The position numbers were made by a program, and so were the translations under genes. Below, in pieces: positions 38,046-48,156 of a DNA stretch of 64,000 nucleotides. Source of the DNA: Bryobacterales bacterium (GTDB lineage: Bacteria; Acidobacteriota; Terriglobia; Bryobacterales; UBA6623); assembly GCA_965203925.1 (NCBI GenBank), contig OZ241924.1:906559-970558 (forward strand). The letters are read 5' to 3'. Positions within the stretch are counted from its first letter, which is position 1. Every line of letters starts with the position of its first letter. Under the pieces are notes generated by a model, which was not told the DNA's origin, did not search any database, and saw only the letters and a program-made list of their open reading frames with translations.

Positions 38046-39494
38046 TCAGGCCAGCGCTTCCTGGATCAGCTTGCCGCCGTTGATGGTCGGACGCTCGGAG
38101 CGGCCATTGTGCAGGTACGTGAGGCTGAGATGGTCAAGGCCCAGCAGGTGCAGGATGGTGGCGTGGATGTCATGCACGTGGTAGGGAGACTCCTCCGCGC
38201 GCAATCCCAGCTCGTCCGTGGTACCGATGGTCTGCCCGCTCTTGATGCCGCCGCCCGCCATCCAGATGGTGAAGCCCCACGGGTTGTGGTCCCGGCCGTC
38301 GCCCTGCTCGTTGAAGGGTGTTCGACCGAACTCGCCTCCCCAGATCACCAGCGTTTCGTCCAAGAGTCCACGGGACTCGAGATCCGATAGGAGGCCCGCA
38401 ATGGGCTTGTCCGAGACGCCGCACCACTTAGTGTGGTTCTGCTCGATCTTGGTGTGCGCGTCCCATCCGCCGCAGTACGCCTGGACGAACCGCACGTCAC
38501 GCTCTACCAGGCGCCGCGCAAGCAGCAGGTTCCGACCGTAGATCGCGGTGTGCTCCTCGTCCATGCCGTAGAGACGCTTCGTGGCCTCCGACTCCTTGCT
38601 GAGATCGACTGCCTCAGGGGCGTGGGCCTGCATGCGGAACGCCAGCTCGTAGGACTGGAGCCGGGCGTCCAGTTCAGTCTCTGTAGGATGCTTGGCTGCG
38701 TGGTGCCGGTTCAGCGCCCCGAGGAGATCGAGCTTTCCGCGCTGCTGCCGGGTCCCGACGCCCTCCGGCGTCTCCAAGTTCAGGATCGGGGCCCCTTCCT
38801 GCTTGAAGAGCGTTCCCTGATAGCTGGCCGGCAGGAAGCCCGAGCTCCAGTTCTTCGAGCCTCCGTTGATGCGCACGTCGTCGTTGAGGATCACGAAGGT
38901 GGGCAGGTTGCGGTTGGCCGAGCCCAGCCCGTATGTCACCCACGCGCCCATCGCAGGCCTGCCGGCGAGGATTGAGCCGGTGTTCATCTGGCAGACCGAG
39001 CCCACGTGGTTGAGGCCGTCTGCCGTGCAGGATCGGACTACCGCGAGCTTGTCGGCGTGCTTGGCCACGTGCGGGTACCAGTCCGAGACCCACAGCCCGC
39101 TCTCCCCGTGCCGCGCCCACTTGCGTTGGGAGGGCATGAGGGTGTTGTGCGAGGTGCCCGGCATTGCCGTCAGGGGTCTGTCGTAGGACTCCGGCAGAGG
39201 CTGCCCGGCATACGTCTCAAGCAGCGGCTTGGGATCGAAAGTGTCGAGGTGGCTGGGGCCTCCCTCCATGAAGCACCAGATCACCGACTTTGCAGTCGGA
39301 GTGTGGTGATGCGCTCGGGCCGCTAGCGGGTCACTTGTTACGGCGGCGGAAGCCTCGGCACCCAGTGATGCGAGGGCCAGTGCGCCCAAGCCGCCGCTGG
39401 CCTGGCTCAGGAATGCGCGGCGGGAATTCACCGTTTCCCTCATGAAGTCTTGCTTGGCCATGGGCTTCCCTCGTCTCATGCGATGCGGCATCAC
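38046..39494 (-). CDS. DUF1501 (sulfatase-like) protein with Tat signal
   Basis: SRRAFLSQASGGLGALALASLGA twin-arginine leader, then EGGPSHLDTFDPKP and GGEFGRTP motifs typical of DUF1501. GTGA overlap with the upstream PSD gene. Confidence 0.85.
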   Translation of the reverse strand: MMPHRMRRGKPMAKQDFMRETVNSRRAFLSQASGGLGALALASLGAEASAAVTSDPLAARAHHHTPTAKSVIWCFMEGGPSHLDTFDPKPLLETYAGQPLPESYDRPLTAMPGTSHNTLMPSQRKWARHGESGLWVSDWYPHVAKHADKLAVVRSCTADGLNHVGSVCQMNTGSILAGRPAMGAWVTYGLGSANRNLPTFVILNDDVRINGGSKNWSSGFLPASYQGTLFKQEGAPILNLETPEGVGTRQQRGKLDLLGALNRHHAAKHPTETELDARLQSYELAFRMQAHAPEAVDLSKESEATKRLYGMDEEHTAIYGRNLLLARRLVERDVRFVQAYCGGWDAHTKIEQNHTKWCGVSDKPIAGLLSDLESRGLLDETLVIWGGEFGRTPFNEQGDGRDHNPWGFTIWMAGGGIKSGQTIGTTDELGLRAEESPYHVHDIHATILHLLGLDHLSLTYLHNGRSERPTINGGKLIQEALA

Positions 39495-41743
39495 TGGCGG
39501 TACACGAACTCGTTGGAATTGAGCAGCATGTGGCAGAAGTCCACCACGGCGGCGGCCTCATGGGGATCCATGTCGGACGGGTAGCCATCCGGCAGGAGGA
39601 TGCTCTCTCCAGCAGCCGCGCGCTCGGCGATGATCTCGCGCTGGCTCTCGAAGAAAGTCAGCACGGTGTCCTTCTCCCACCCGTCCGGCTGCCTCGAGTA
39701 CGCCAACCGGAAGGCTTCGCGGATCTGCCGGTCCCTGTCCGTGCCGGCGGAGTCCAGCACGCGGCGGGCCAGCCCGGCGGCCCACCCCAATGTGTGCTCG
39801 CTGTTGAGCAGCGACAGCGCCTGCTGCGGCGTCGTGGTCGCGGATCGGCGCGCGCACGACTCATGGGTGTCCGGCATGTCGAGCGATTCCAACATGGGGT
39901 AGCGCGCGTTGCGCCGTACGAATACGTATACGCTGCGGCGATCCTGCTCGTGACGGCTGTCGGGCACGTCCCAGCCGCCGCGCGGGGCGGGGGCGCCCGC
40001 CGGCAGTGCCGGGTACACGCTGCGCCCGCCGACGGCCATGTTCAGGCGGCCCGAAACCGCGAGCATCGAGTCGCGGATCACCTCGCCCTCCAGCCGCTGC
40101 GGCGGGAATCGCCACAGGAGCTTATTGAAGGGATCACGCTGGGCGGCCTCCTCTTGGTAGGCCGAGTGCTGCTGGTAGGCGGCTGAGGTCATCATCATCC
40201 GGTGCATGTGCTTCAGACTCCAGCCGCTGCGGCGGAACTCCCCCGCCAGCCAGTCCAGGAGTTCGGGGTGCGTCGGCCGTTCTCCCATCAGCCCGAAGTC
40301 GCTCGGCGTTCGGACGATCCCTTGGCTGAAGTGGTGATGCCAGAGGCGATTCACCATCACGCGCGCCGTGAGTGGATTCTCGGGGCTGGTCAGCCATCTG
40401 GCAAGCGCGGTACGGCGTCCGGAGGACCGGCCATCGGCAGTGGGAGCGTAGCGAGCGGGACCTGGCTCCAGCAGCGTCAGGAATCCCGGTTCCACTTTGT
40501 CCATTGGAGCGGCGTAGTTCGCCTGCGAGAGGATGTGTGTCTCGGGCGCCTGTGGCCCGAGCTCGCGGATGCCCATTCCAAGGGGGAGCTCGACCGGCTT
40601 GAGGTAGTCCAAGGCGGCCAGCTGCTCCTGGAGTTCGCTGTAGCGCTGCTTGGCCTCGCCCTTCAGGCTGTTGGCCAGACGCTTGTCGTCGTGATAGCGC
40701 ATCTGCCACATGTGGTGCTGGAACAGCAGCCGCTCGTACATGGTGCGCTCCGACTGGCTCTTGCGGAATGCCTCTTGCGTCTCGGGGGCGCGCCTGTTGA
40801 CCTGAGTGTCAAAAGCGTCGCGCCGCTTTGCCCCAAGCAGGTCGTCGATCTCGGCGCGGATAGCGCGAGTGGCCTCTTCCCACTGCTTCTGCTGCTGCTC
40901 GCGCCTCCTGCGATCCGGCTGGTTCATCAGGTGGATCGCGTTGTCGGCGGAAACATTGGTGAAGAAGGCCTGCAGCCGGTAGTAGTCCGACTGCAGGATC
41001 GGGTCGAACTTGTGGTCGTGGCACTTCGCACAGCCGTAGGTCAGGCCCAGGAAGACGCTTCCGACCGTGTCGGTGATGTCCAGCAGGATCTCCTGTCGCC
41101 GCTGGATCAGGATCGCGGCGTTCGACTCGTCCGGATAGTGGCGGTTGAAGCCGGTCGCGATGCGTGCGAGAGGGTCGTTTGGCCAGAGTTCGTCCCCAGC
41201 GATCTGTTCGTGCACGAAGCGGTCATAGGGCTTGTCGGCGTTCAGCGCGGCGATGACATAGTCGCGGTAGCGCCACGCGTTCGGGCGGGTCTCGTCGGAC
41301 TTGAAACCCTCGCTCTCCGCGAATCGGGCCAGGTCCAGCCAGTGCCGGGCCCAGCGCTCGCCATAGCGGGGAGACGCCAGCAGCCGGTCGACCAGCCTGC
41401 CAAAGGCGTCCGGCGATGAGTCGGCCACAAACGCCTCCACGTCCGCCGGTGTCGGCGGAAGCCCGTGCAGGTCGAAGGTAGCCCTGCGGATCAGCGTGAT
41501 CCGATCGGCGGCTGGCGAGAGCGACAGGCCGCCGGCCTTGAGACGGGCCTCGACAAATGCGTCGACCGGGTGGCCGGAGCTTCCCGAGGGCGGGGCTTCG
41601 GGCTCCAGTGGCTGGAACGCCCAGTGGCCGCGCTGGTGCTCCGGGAAGGGGGAGTCGGTCGGGATGCTCGCGCTGAAGGCTGGACCGGCCAGAGTCAAGG
41701 CCGCCAAGCCGCACGTGAGGGCGATTGCAGATAGAAAGTTCAT
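39491..41743 (-). CDS. PSCyt2 (DUF1549) + PSD (DUF1553) domain protein
   Basis: Signal peptide MNFLSAIALTCGLAALTLAGPAFS. RRATFDLHGLPPTP, SPRYGERWARHWLDLARFAESEG, CAKCHDHKFDP and NRLWHHHFSQGIV motifs of the planctomycete-type DUF1549/DUF1553 family. Confidence 0.85.
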   Translation of the reverse strand: MNFLSAIALTCGLAALTLAGPAFSASIPTDSPFPEHQRGHWAFQPLEPEAPPSGSSGHPVDAFVEARLKAGGLSLSPAADRITLIRRATFDLHGLPPTPADVEAFVADSSPDAFGRLVDRLLASPRYGERWARHWLDLARFAESEGFKSDETRPNAWRYRDYVIAALNADKPYDRFVHEQIAGDELWPNDPLARIATGFNRHYPDESNAAILIQRRQEILLDITDTVGSVFLGLTYGCAKCHDHKFDPILQSDYYRLQAFFTNVSADNAIHLMNQPDRRRREQQQKQWEEATRAIRAEIDDLLGAKRRDAFDTQVNRRAPETQEAFRKSQSERTMYERLLFQHHMWQMRYHDDKRLANSLKGEAKQRYSELQEQLAALDYLKPVELPLGMGIRELGPQAPETHILSQANYAAPMDKVEPGFLTLLEPGPARYAPTADGRSSGRRTALARWLTSPENPLTARVMVNRLWHHHFSQGIVRTPSDFGLMGERPTHPELLDWLAGEFRRSGWSLKHMHRMMMTSAAYQQHSAYQEEAAQRDPFNKLLWRFPPQRLEGEVIRDSMLAVSGRLNMAVGGRSVYPALPAGAPAPRGGWDVPDSRHEQDRRSVYVFVRRNARYPMLESLDMPDTHESCARRSATTTPQQALSLLNSEHTLGWAAGLARRVLDSAGTDRDRQIREAFRLAYSRQPDGWEKDTVLTFFESQREIIAERAAAGESILLPDGYPSDMDPHEAAAVVDFCHMLLNSNEFVYRQ

Positions 41744-42148
41744 TGACAGTGTTCCCCGGCCGCGCCAAACTCAGCCCGGAGCACACCCAATATCCGCTGA
41801 GAGCGTATATGTTGTCAAGGGCCACTATAGGAGGCCGCCCGCAGGGCAATCTTCGGCAAGGCTCCCATCCGGGCCGAATCCGGCAGTCGGGTTGCGGGGC
41901 AGGGGCCGCTTGTTGTGACTGTGTTCACTATGGACGCTGCCGGCGGCCTATCCTAAAGGCAGCCTGAAACATGGGTCGTCGCGTCGAGCGCTTATCTCGC
42001 TACATGTGCGCACGTGAGCACTTTGGCGGGCTCCCGAATGCGGCTGCAGCGAACTGCACGCGACATCGCATCCTGTGGCAGCCAAGGCCAATTCCCCTGC
42101 CAAAGGTTCGGCCCGTAGGCCAGCCGCACCGGAGCGGGCAAACGAAAG

Positions 42149-44350
42149 GTGTCTCTGATGGCCCGCCGTAGGGGGCGTCCGGGCAAACGACCGGCCAAGC
42201 GGCGCCCTCGCCGGAATGGTACAGGTGCCCGCAGGGACGCGCGTACGGCGGAGGCTGGCCCCGCAATGAGACTGGGCCTAGCCGCCGCGGCCTTGGTCGC
42301 CGCACTCTTGGTTTGGGTGTGGGCAACAGGAACGTCGCCCGCTCCCAACGAAAGGCCGCCGTTGTCGAATCAAGCAGCCAGCTATGTAGACCCGGCGGCC
42401 TGCACGGGCTGTCACATCGACATCTGGGAGACCTACCGGGAAACAGGGATGGGGCGCTCCTTCCGACGGCTTGGCCCGGACACAACGGCAGCGGATCTGC
42501 GGACCGGGGGAAGGTTCTACCATCCAGCCTCCGACCGCCATTACGTTGTCGAAGAGCGTGGCGGGAGGCTATTCCAGCGACGCTACCAAAGGGATTCAGC
42601 CGGACGTGAGGAGAACGTGCTGGAGAAGGAGATCCACTTCGTGATGGGCTCGGGAAACCATGCTCGAAGCTTCATCCACATGTCCCCGTTCGGAAAGCTG
42701 GTTCAGCTTCCGCTGGGATGGTACTCGCAGGACGGCGGAATCTGGCGGATGAGCCCGGGGTACGACCGGCCGAACCATGATGGCTTCCAGCGGGTGATCT
42801 CCTACGACTGCATGTTCTGCCACAACGGGTACCCCGACGTGCCCGGCGGAAGCGACCGGCCAGGCCGGAGGCCCCTCTTCCCCGGCAAGATTCCGGACGG
42901 CATCGACTGCCAGCGTTGCCACGGTCCTGGATCGGCGCACGTCGAGGCCGCGACCCGTGCCGAGACCAACGCGGATGCCGTGGCATCGTCGATCACGAAC
43001 CCCGCGCACCTTGAGGTCCAACGACAGCGGGAGGTCTGCTTCCAGTGCCATCTGGAGACGACCAGCCGACCCCTGCCGAACATCGTGCATCGCTACGGCC
43101 GCGGGTACTTCTCTTACCGTCCCGGCGAGCCGCTGCCGGACTACGCGATCTACTTCGACCACGCACCCGGGTCCGGCTGGGAGAACAAGTTCGAGATCAA
43201 CCACTCTTCCTACCGGTTGATGCAGTCGCGCTGCTTCACCCAGGCAGCGGACGCCATCACGTGCACCACCTGCCACGACCCGCACAAACCGTCGGACACT
43301 CCGGAGGCGGCGCAGCGCTACGACCGGGAATGCCTCAAGTGCCACGAGAGCCGTTTGGCGAGACTGGGCTCGGGCGGGGCGCACCCTTGGCGGTCGGACT
43401 GCGCGGATTGCCACATGCCAAAGCGCCGCACGGACGACGTCGTGCACGCGGTAATGACAGACCACCGAATCCAGTCCAAGCCGCCGTCCGGACTGCTGGA
43501 CCCGAAGCGCGAACGCAGCAGCTTGGCCGAGACCGGCTACTCCGGGGAGGTCGCCTTGCACTACCCCGCAGCCCTTCCGGACGGGCGGGACGAACTGTAC
43601 CTCGCGCTCGCCCAAACCGCGCAGGGATCCAATCTCGACGCCGGGATCGCAAGGCTGGAAGCGGCCATCGTCCAGCACCGTCCCTCGGAGGCGGGGTTCT
43701 ACTTCGAGCTCGGGGCGGCCCTTGAAGAGAAAGACCGGCTGCGGGAGGCCGCCCGCTGGTTTGAGCGCGCCGTGTCGGCGGATCCCGGCTTCACTCTCGC
43801 GTGGATTCGGCTCGGATCGGCTCTCTCGAGGTCGGGAGCACACGCCGAAGCAGTGCTGGCTCTGCAGCGGGCCGCCGCGCTGGATCCGCTCGACGCACGG
43901 ATTCCGAAGGAGGTGGGCATGGACCTCGCCCGACAGGGACTGTACCAAGAAGCGGCGGAGGCCAGCCGAGCGGCGATCTCTCTGGATCCGGATCTGCCGG
44001 AACTGCACAACAACCTTGGCGGCGCCCTCGCCGAATTGGGCCGAGCTGGCGAGGCCGAGTCTGCCCTGCGGGATGCCGTCCGCCTGCAGCCGGACCTTGC
44101 CGAAGCCCGCTTCAACCTTGGCGCAGTGCTGGCCAGGCGCGGGGCAACAGCAGGTGCAGTGAGGCAATGGCGCGAGGCCGTGCGAAGCGACCCGGGCTAC
44201 GCGATGGCCCGCTACAATCTGGCGGTGATCCTGGCCCGGGGCGGAAACCGCGATGCCGCGCTTAAGCATCTGGACGCCGCGCTGAAGGCCGAGCCAGGGT
44301 TTGCCAGAGCCCGGGCCCTGAGAGATGACTTGTCGGCAGGTTCCCAATAG
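42149..44350 (+). CDS. multiheme c-type cytochrome (7 CxxCH) fused to C-terminal TPR repeats
   Basis: CxxCH motifs counted in the translation: CTGCH, CMFCH, CQRCH, CFQCH, CTTCH, CLKCH, CADCH. The C-terminal third is TPR (AWIRLGSALSRSGAHAEAVLALQRAAALDP etc.). A TM/signal segment at LAAAALVAALLVWVWA makes ATG 42266 an alternative start. Confidence 0.8.
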   Translation: MSLMARRRGRPGKRPAKRRPRRNGTGARRDARTAEAGPAMRLGLAAAALVAALLVWVWATGTSPAPNERPPLSNQAASYVDPAACTGCHIDIWETYRETGMGRSFRRLGPDTTAADLRTGGRFYHPASDRHYVVEERGGRLFQRRYQRDSAGREENVLEKEIHFVMGSGNHARSFIHMSPFGKLVQLPLGWYSQDGGIWRMSPGYDRPNHDGFQRVISYDCMFCHNGYPDVPGGSDRPGRRPLFPGKIPDGIDCQRCHGPGSAHVEAATRAETNADAVASSITNPAHLEVQRQREVCFQCHLETTSRPLPNIVHRYGRGYFSYRPGEPLPDYAIYFDHAPGSGWENKFEINHSSYRLMQSRCFTQAADAITCTTCHDPHKPSDTPEAAQRYDRECLKCHESRLARLGSGGAHPWRSDCADCHMPKRRTDDVVHAVMTDHRIQSKPPSGLLDPKRERSSLAETGYSGEVALHYPAALPDGRDELYLALAQTAQGSNLDAGIARLEAAIVQHRPSEAGFYFELGAALEEKDRLREAARWFERAVSADPGFTLAWIRLGSALSRSGAHAEAVLALQRAAALDPLDARIPKEVGMDLARQGLYQEAAEASRAAISLDPDLPELHNNLGGALAELGRAGEAESALRDAVRLQPDLAEARFNLGAVLARRGATAGAVRQWREAVRSDPGYAMARYNLAVILARGGNRDAALKHLDAALKAEPGFARARALRDDLSAGSQ

Positions 44351-44614
44351 GCTCCAGCTGCGGTCACTCGTCTCTCTAGAAGATCTCCACGCGCCAGCCG
44401 TTGACCTCTATGACAAGCGCTCTTCCCTGGCTGCCTAGGTGAGCGTGACGGTCCGAGACAATCCGCTCGTGGCCTGCGCTCTCGGGCTTCGGGCTCCCGC
44501 CGTGGCGCGGCCGGACCGCCGTGGATTGCTCAATCGTCGTCCCCTTCCGGGCAGTTGCCGAAGCTTAGGCCTTGGAACCAATCTCTTGGACAAGGACTGG
44601 GCCGTATTGGAGCA

Positions 44615-45210
44615 TTACTGTGGACAGATATCGCTAGGTGATGGGTATCGGCATGAGCGTGTGTTCGCGTGAGCGGCCTTGGCGCCGCTCGAGAGTGTCG
44701 CTCGTTCGCCGTCGGACAGCCCTGCGTCATGGGAGTTCCATCCGGCGAATCGCCGTGGCGGCGGCTTCTGAGGCATAAGCGTCGGACTCAGGGAATGATC
44801 CAATTCCGCCGGCGTGGCCGCGGTGGGCGTGGGTGACAATGATCGACTTCAGATTCAGCTCTCCCGCACCTCGGATCCTGAGGGCGGAGGAGAATAGCGC
44901 TCGCTCCGGTGTCCATTCCGGAATCGACTAGTGCGTAGCCTCTGTTCTCCGAGGTAATCAGGTATGACCCGATCGTCACAGGGCCCCTTTGTCCCGTCAC
45001 GGTCTCGACCCAGCCGCCGGCCAGTCGTGTGGCGCTGTTGAGAGGCAATACCCCGAAGTGAAGGATTCCGAGGACGATCACTGCCAGAGCCTCCGCCAAC
45101 ACGACCCAGAGGAAACCGTGTAGCACCTGCTTCCTCTTCCGCTCCCAGGGGCTTACGATCTCACGCCACAGGAGCCTTGCCCAACCGAACCAAGATGTCG
45201 ATGGTCTCAA
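44615..45210 (-). pseudogene. frameshifted, degenerate MBL-fold hydrolase gene
   Basis: Frame 1 (44788..45210) gives a TM segment plus GSYLITSENRGYALVDSGMDTGASAILL. The homology continues in a second frame as ALRIRGAGELNLKSIIVTHAHRGHAGGIGSFPESDAYASEAAATAIRRMELP*. The HxHxDH motif has decayed to HAHRGH. A third frame continues as ...LSDGERATLSSG.... At least 2 frameshifts and a premature stop. Confidence 0.6.
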
Positions 45211-45608
45211 GTGTCGTTCCCATCCAAGGGAGCACCTCCGCGCGTAGGTTGCAACAGTTAGTCAATGGACCGTCCGGGCAGACCTTCACCGGCGAATAGC
45301 ATCCATAGGCGGAAACCACCTGTAGGCATCCGGAAGTTGTCGCGCGGGAGGGATGGCCAGCAGCACGAGGACGCGGGTCCGGTGTATCCTCCGAAGCGTA
45401 GCGCCGACGACCTACGGGAATCGCGTGCTCGGCAACTTGACTCTCCGGTACAGCTGCAACGGTAGCGACGAGAGCGTCTCGCAGCCATTGCTGTTGGCGG
45501 CTGCACCGGCTATTCCGAGCCGGACCCGCGGTCAGCGACTGCGAGATTGCCATAATTCCTAGGGTGAGATCCTTCAATGATCCAGCATGAACTGCGGCCG
45601 GATCGAGG

Positions 45609-47060
45609 ATGAGACAGGAAAACTCATCAATGCCTCGCTGGGCAATCTCGGTTTGCTGCGTCGCATTGGCTGCAATACCTTCACCGGCCGAGCCGATGGT
45701 GACGTGGAGCACGCACCTCGGGGTAGCTGACTGCGATGACTTAGCCCAGTGGCAGGGAGACTTGGTCCTAGCGTGCCATTCTCCTGAGAGCAGACTTCCT
45801 GTTCAAGTAGCTGGATCAAGGAGCCGTCGGGGCATCATGGCCGCGTATGTCCTTCGCTTGGATCTGAACCGGGGGACCGTCGTCTATGCCACACGCATCG
45901 AGGCGGACGCCCTGACCGCGGCGCTCCGGATCAGGACTGACCCGGATGGTCTAGCGTTCGTGACGGGCGTTACGAAGGGGCCGGGATTGCCGGTGACGGA
46001 GGACGCCTTGCAGCCGCGATTCGGGGGCGGTGAGAGCGACGCATTCCTGATTGCCGTATCTCCCGACGGCCAGATCGTGTACGGAACGTATCTCGGGGGC
46101 GAAGGCGACGACTTGGGCAATGCCTTGGAACTGTACGGGAACGGAGGAGTGCTCGTTGGCGGAACAACTACATCGACCGACTTCCCGGGAGAGGCCGATT
46201 CCGGCAGACGGCATGCCGAAGCCTTCATCTCCTCGTGGCAACTCTCGAATGCAGGTTCACACCGTTCAGTTGTGTTCGGGGGATCGGCTGAAGAGAAGCT
46301 GACCGGGATGGCGCTTGACGGAAAGGGAGGAATCTTCGCCGTTGGCTACACCAAATCGGACGACTTCCCGGTCGATGACCCAGTCCAAGCGCGCCTGGGC
46401 GGTGCCAGCGACTTGTTCTTGGCCCGCCTGACAGTGCCTGATCTTGACATCACATTCGCTACCTACCTAGGTGGCGCTGGCGACGACTCCGGGTGGGGTG
46501 TGGCGGTGGACGGCGGCGGTGCGCCGGTCGTAGCCGGAATCACCGACTCCCGGGACCTGCCTGTCAGCGGCAGGGCCTTCCAACGAACGGCTCAAGGGGG
46601 CGTGGACGCCTTCGTCGCGAGACTCGACGGACCTGCCTATGAAACTGTCCGGCTGACGTATTTTGGCGGGTCGCAGGACGACTCATGCGGTGTCGACGGA
46701 AAGAACATCAAAGTAGACCCGGCGGGCAGGGTCTGGCTGGCAGGCCAGACATCATCCGGCGACCTACCCCTTCAAAGCGCTCTCCAAGAGAGCTACGGCG
46801 GTCAGACGGATGGCTTCATCGCGGTCTTCTCGCCCCGACTTTCCGATCTCTGGTTTGGGACGTATGGCGGCGGATCGGCAAGGGACCTCCTGGAAGGCCT
46901 CGACGTGGCTCCCGATGGTCGAGTCGCCGTGACTGGACTTACGTTCTCGAATGACTACCCGCTTCCGGGGCGGGTGATCCAACAAAGGCAATCCCCTATC
47001 ATGGTAGGGGGAGACGTTGTGAACGCAATTACGATTGCGCTTCGCGCCCCTTCTTTCTGA
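45609..47060 (+). CDS. secreted SBBP-type beta-propeller repeat protein
   Basis: Signal-like ISVCCVALAAIPSPAEP. Repeated units TYLGGEGDDLGNALELYGNGGVLVGGTTTSTDFPG, TYLGGAGDDSGWGVAVDGGGAPVVAGITDSRDLPV, TYFGGSQDDSCG...AGQTSSGDLPL, GTYGGGSARDLLEGLDVAPDGRVAVTGLTFSNDYPL. Confidence 0.75.
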   Translation: MRQENSSMPRWAISVCCVALAAIPSPAEPMVTWSTHLGVADCDDLAQWQGDLVLACHSPESRLPVQVAGSRSRRGIMAAYVLRLDLNRGTVVYATRIEADALTAALRIRTDPDGLAFVTGVTKGPGLPVTEDALQPRFGGGESDAFLIAVSPDGQIVYGTYLGGEGDDLGNALELYGNGGVLVGGTTTSTDFPGEADSGRRHAEAFISSWQLSNAGSHRSVVFGGSAEEKLTGMALDGKGGIFAVGYTKSDDFPVDDPVQARLGGASDLFLARLTVPDLDITFATYLGGAGDDSGWGVAVDGGGAPVVAGITDSRDLPVSGRAFQRTAQGGVDAFVARLDGPAYETVRLTYFGGSQDDSCGVDGKNIKVDPAGRVWLAGQTSSGDLPLQSALQESYGGQTDGFIAVFSPRLSDLWFGTYGGGSARDLLEGLDVAPDGRVAVTGLTFSNDYPLPGRVIQQRQSPIMVGGDVVNAITIALRAPSF

Positions 47061-47115
47061 CCGGGACCGAGAACATAGGAGTACATAGAGGCTCTAACGA
47101 TCCCTCATTTAGATT

Positions 47116-47997
47116 ATGACAAACTGGATGCCTTGTGTGGGAGTGGCCGTGGACCAAAGAGTATCAGCCATCCTTGTCCGGTTCGTCTTGTCAGTCCTCA
47201 CACTGTGCTTCCTACCGCACACAAGTCCTTTGAGTGCAGAACCTAACAACCTGCTCATTCCGCACCCCAAGGACACGTCCAAGCAGGTGGAATACTTCAT
47301 ACAAAGACCCGCTGGAGAGGGGCCTTGGCCAACCCTAGTCTTCCTGCACGGGCATCAAGAAGATCATCGACCGGGGGGACTGGTATTCGCTCAGTGGGGC
47401 GTCCTTGATCAGTTCGCCGAACGTGGATACCTCGCAATAGCAGTCTCACAGCCGGGCTATGGGCAATCTACTGGAGAGCCCGATTTCTGCGGACCGTTTA
47501 CCCAAGGCGCTGTCTTGGGTGTCATTGCCAAGCTCAGATCGGACGGATATGGCTCTCCTAACGACCTTGTGATTGTAGGCATAAGCCGCGGAGCACTGGT
47601 GGCAGGGCTGATCGCTGCCAAGACCAGTTCAGTCTCTGGTGTCATCCTCGTTTCTGGTATGTTCGATCTGCTTGAACTTCGAGAACTCTCGGTGGACGAC
47701 GAAATGAAGCGGAACATACTGAATTCCGTGGTCGCGGAGACTGGAGGAGGAGATGACGCCCTCCGAGTACGTTCTGTGATGTCCTTTGCGAGTGACATCA
47801 AGGCGGCGACTTTAATTCTGAACGGTGGAAGAGATGATCGGACAGTTCCGCACCAAGCCCGCCAGCTCGCTGATGAAATGAACGCGCATGGTGGCAATGC
47901 TCGAGCAGTCATCTATCCAGACATTGGACACCAGATTCCCGTCGAGATTCGAAGCAGGGACATTGATCCCTTCATTGAGGAGGTCCTTGGGAGATAG
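47116..47997 (+). CDS. alpha/beta hydrolase (dienelactone hydrolase / S9 peptidase-like)
   Basis: LVFLHGHQ, nucleophile elbow VGISRGA (GxSxG), NGGRDDRTVP and PDIGHQIP (Asp/His of the triad). G+C is visibly lower than the surroundings: 33/60 and 36/60 in the two lines I counted. Confidence 0.75.
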   Translation: MTNWMPCVGVAVDQRVSAILVRFVLSVLTLCFLPHTSPLSAEPNNLLIPHPKDTSKQVEYFIQRPAGEGPWPTLVFLHGHQEDHRPGGLVFAQWGVLDQFAERGYLAIAVSQPGYGQSTGEPDFCGPFTQGAVLGVIAKLRSDGYGSPNDLVIVGISRGALVAGLIAAKTSSVSGVILVSGMFDLLELRELSVDDEMKRNILNSVVAETGGGDDALRVRSVMSFASDIKAATLILNGGRDDRTVPHQARQLADEMNAHGGNARAVIYPDIGHQIPVEIRSRDIDPFIEEVLGR

Positions 47998-48118
47998 ATC
48001 GACACAGCGCGATTGCTAAGGAACTTCTCCTAGTTATCACGGAGCCCCACAGACTCTAGTCACTCGCGAGTCATCAGTTCCCGCACCGTCGGATGTAGCG
48101 GGAAGAGGAACTGCGAAG

Positions 48119-48124
48119 TGTAGT
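48119..48124. repeat. target-site duplication, left copy (GTGTAG; 8-9 bp if drawn as (A)GTGTAGTC at 48118-48126)
   Basis: Identical hexamer directly abuts both IS ends (48119-48124 and 51057-51062). The extra TC/A matches make the exact TSD length ambiguous (6-9 bp). Confidence 0.7.
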
Positions 48125-48156
48125 CTACCGCGTCAGGAATCGGTTGGGCGGCAGGT
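48125..48156. repeat. left terminal inverted repeat of the IS
   Basis: TCTACCGCGTCAGGAATCGGTTGGGCGGCAGG versus the reverse complement of 51025-51056, TCTACCGCGTCAGTTTTCAGTTGGGCTGACGG. The first 13 nt are identical, and I counted 25/32 matches overall by hand. Confidence 0.8.

Noticed and set aside
45161-45712. 183-aa minus-strand ORF between the MBL pseudogene and the SBBP gene
   Set aside because: It overlaps both neighbours, has no recognisable motif, and includes low-complexity stretches. It is probably non-coding spacer of the decayed island.
48076-48114. Hairpin-capable sequence CAGTTCCCGC-N13-GCGGGAAGAGGAACTG just left of the IS, considered as the hydrolase terminator or the IS target structure
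   Set aside because: There is no T-tract after the stem, and two mutually exclusive 7-bp pairings exist. It lies 80 nt beyond the stop. Evidence is insufficient for either role.
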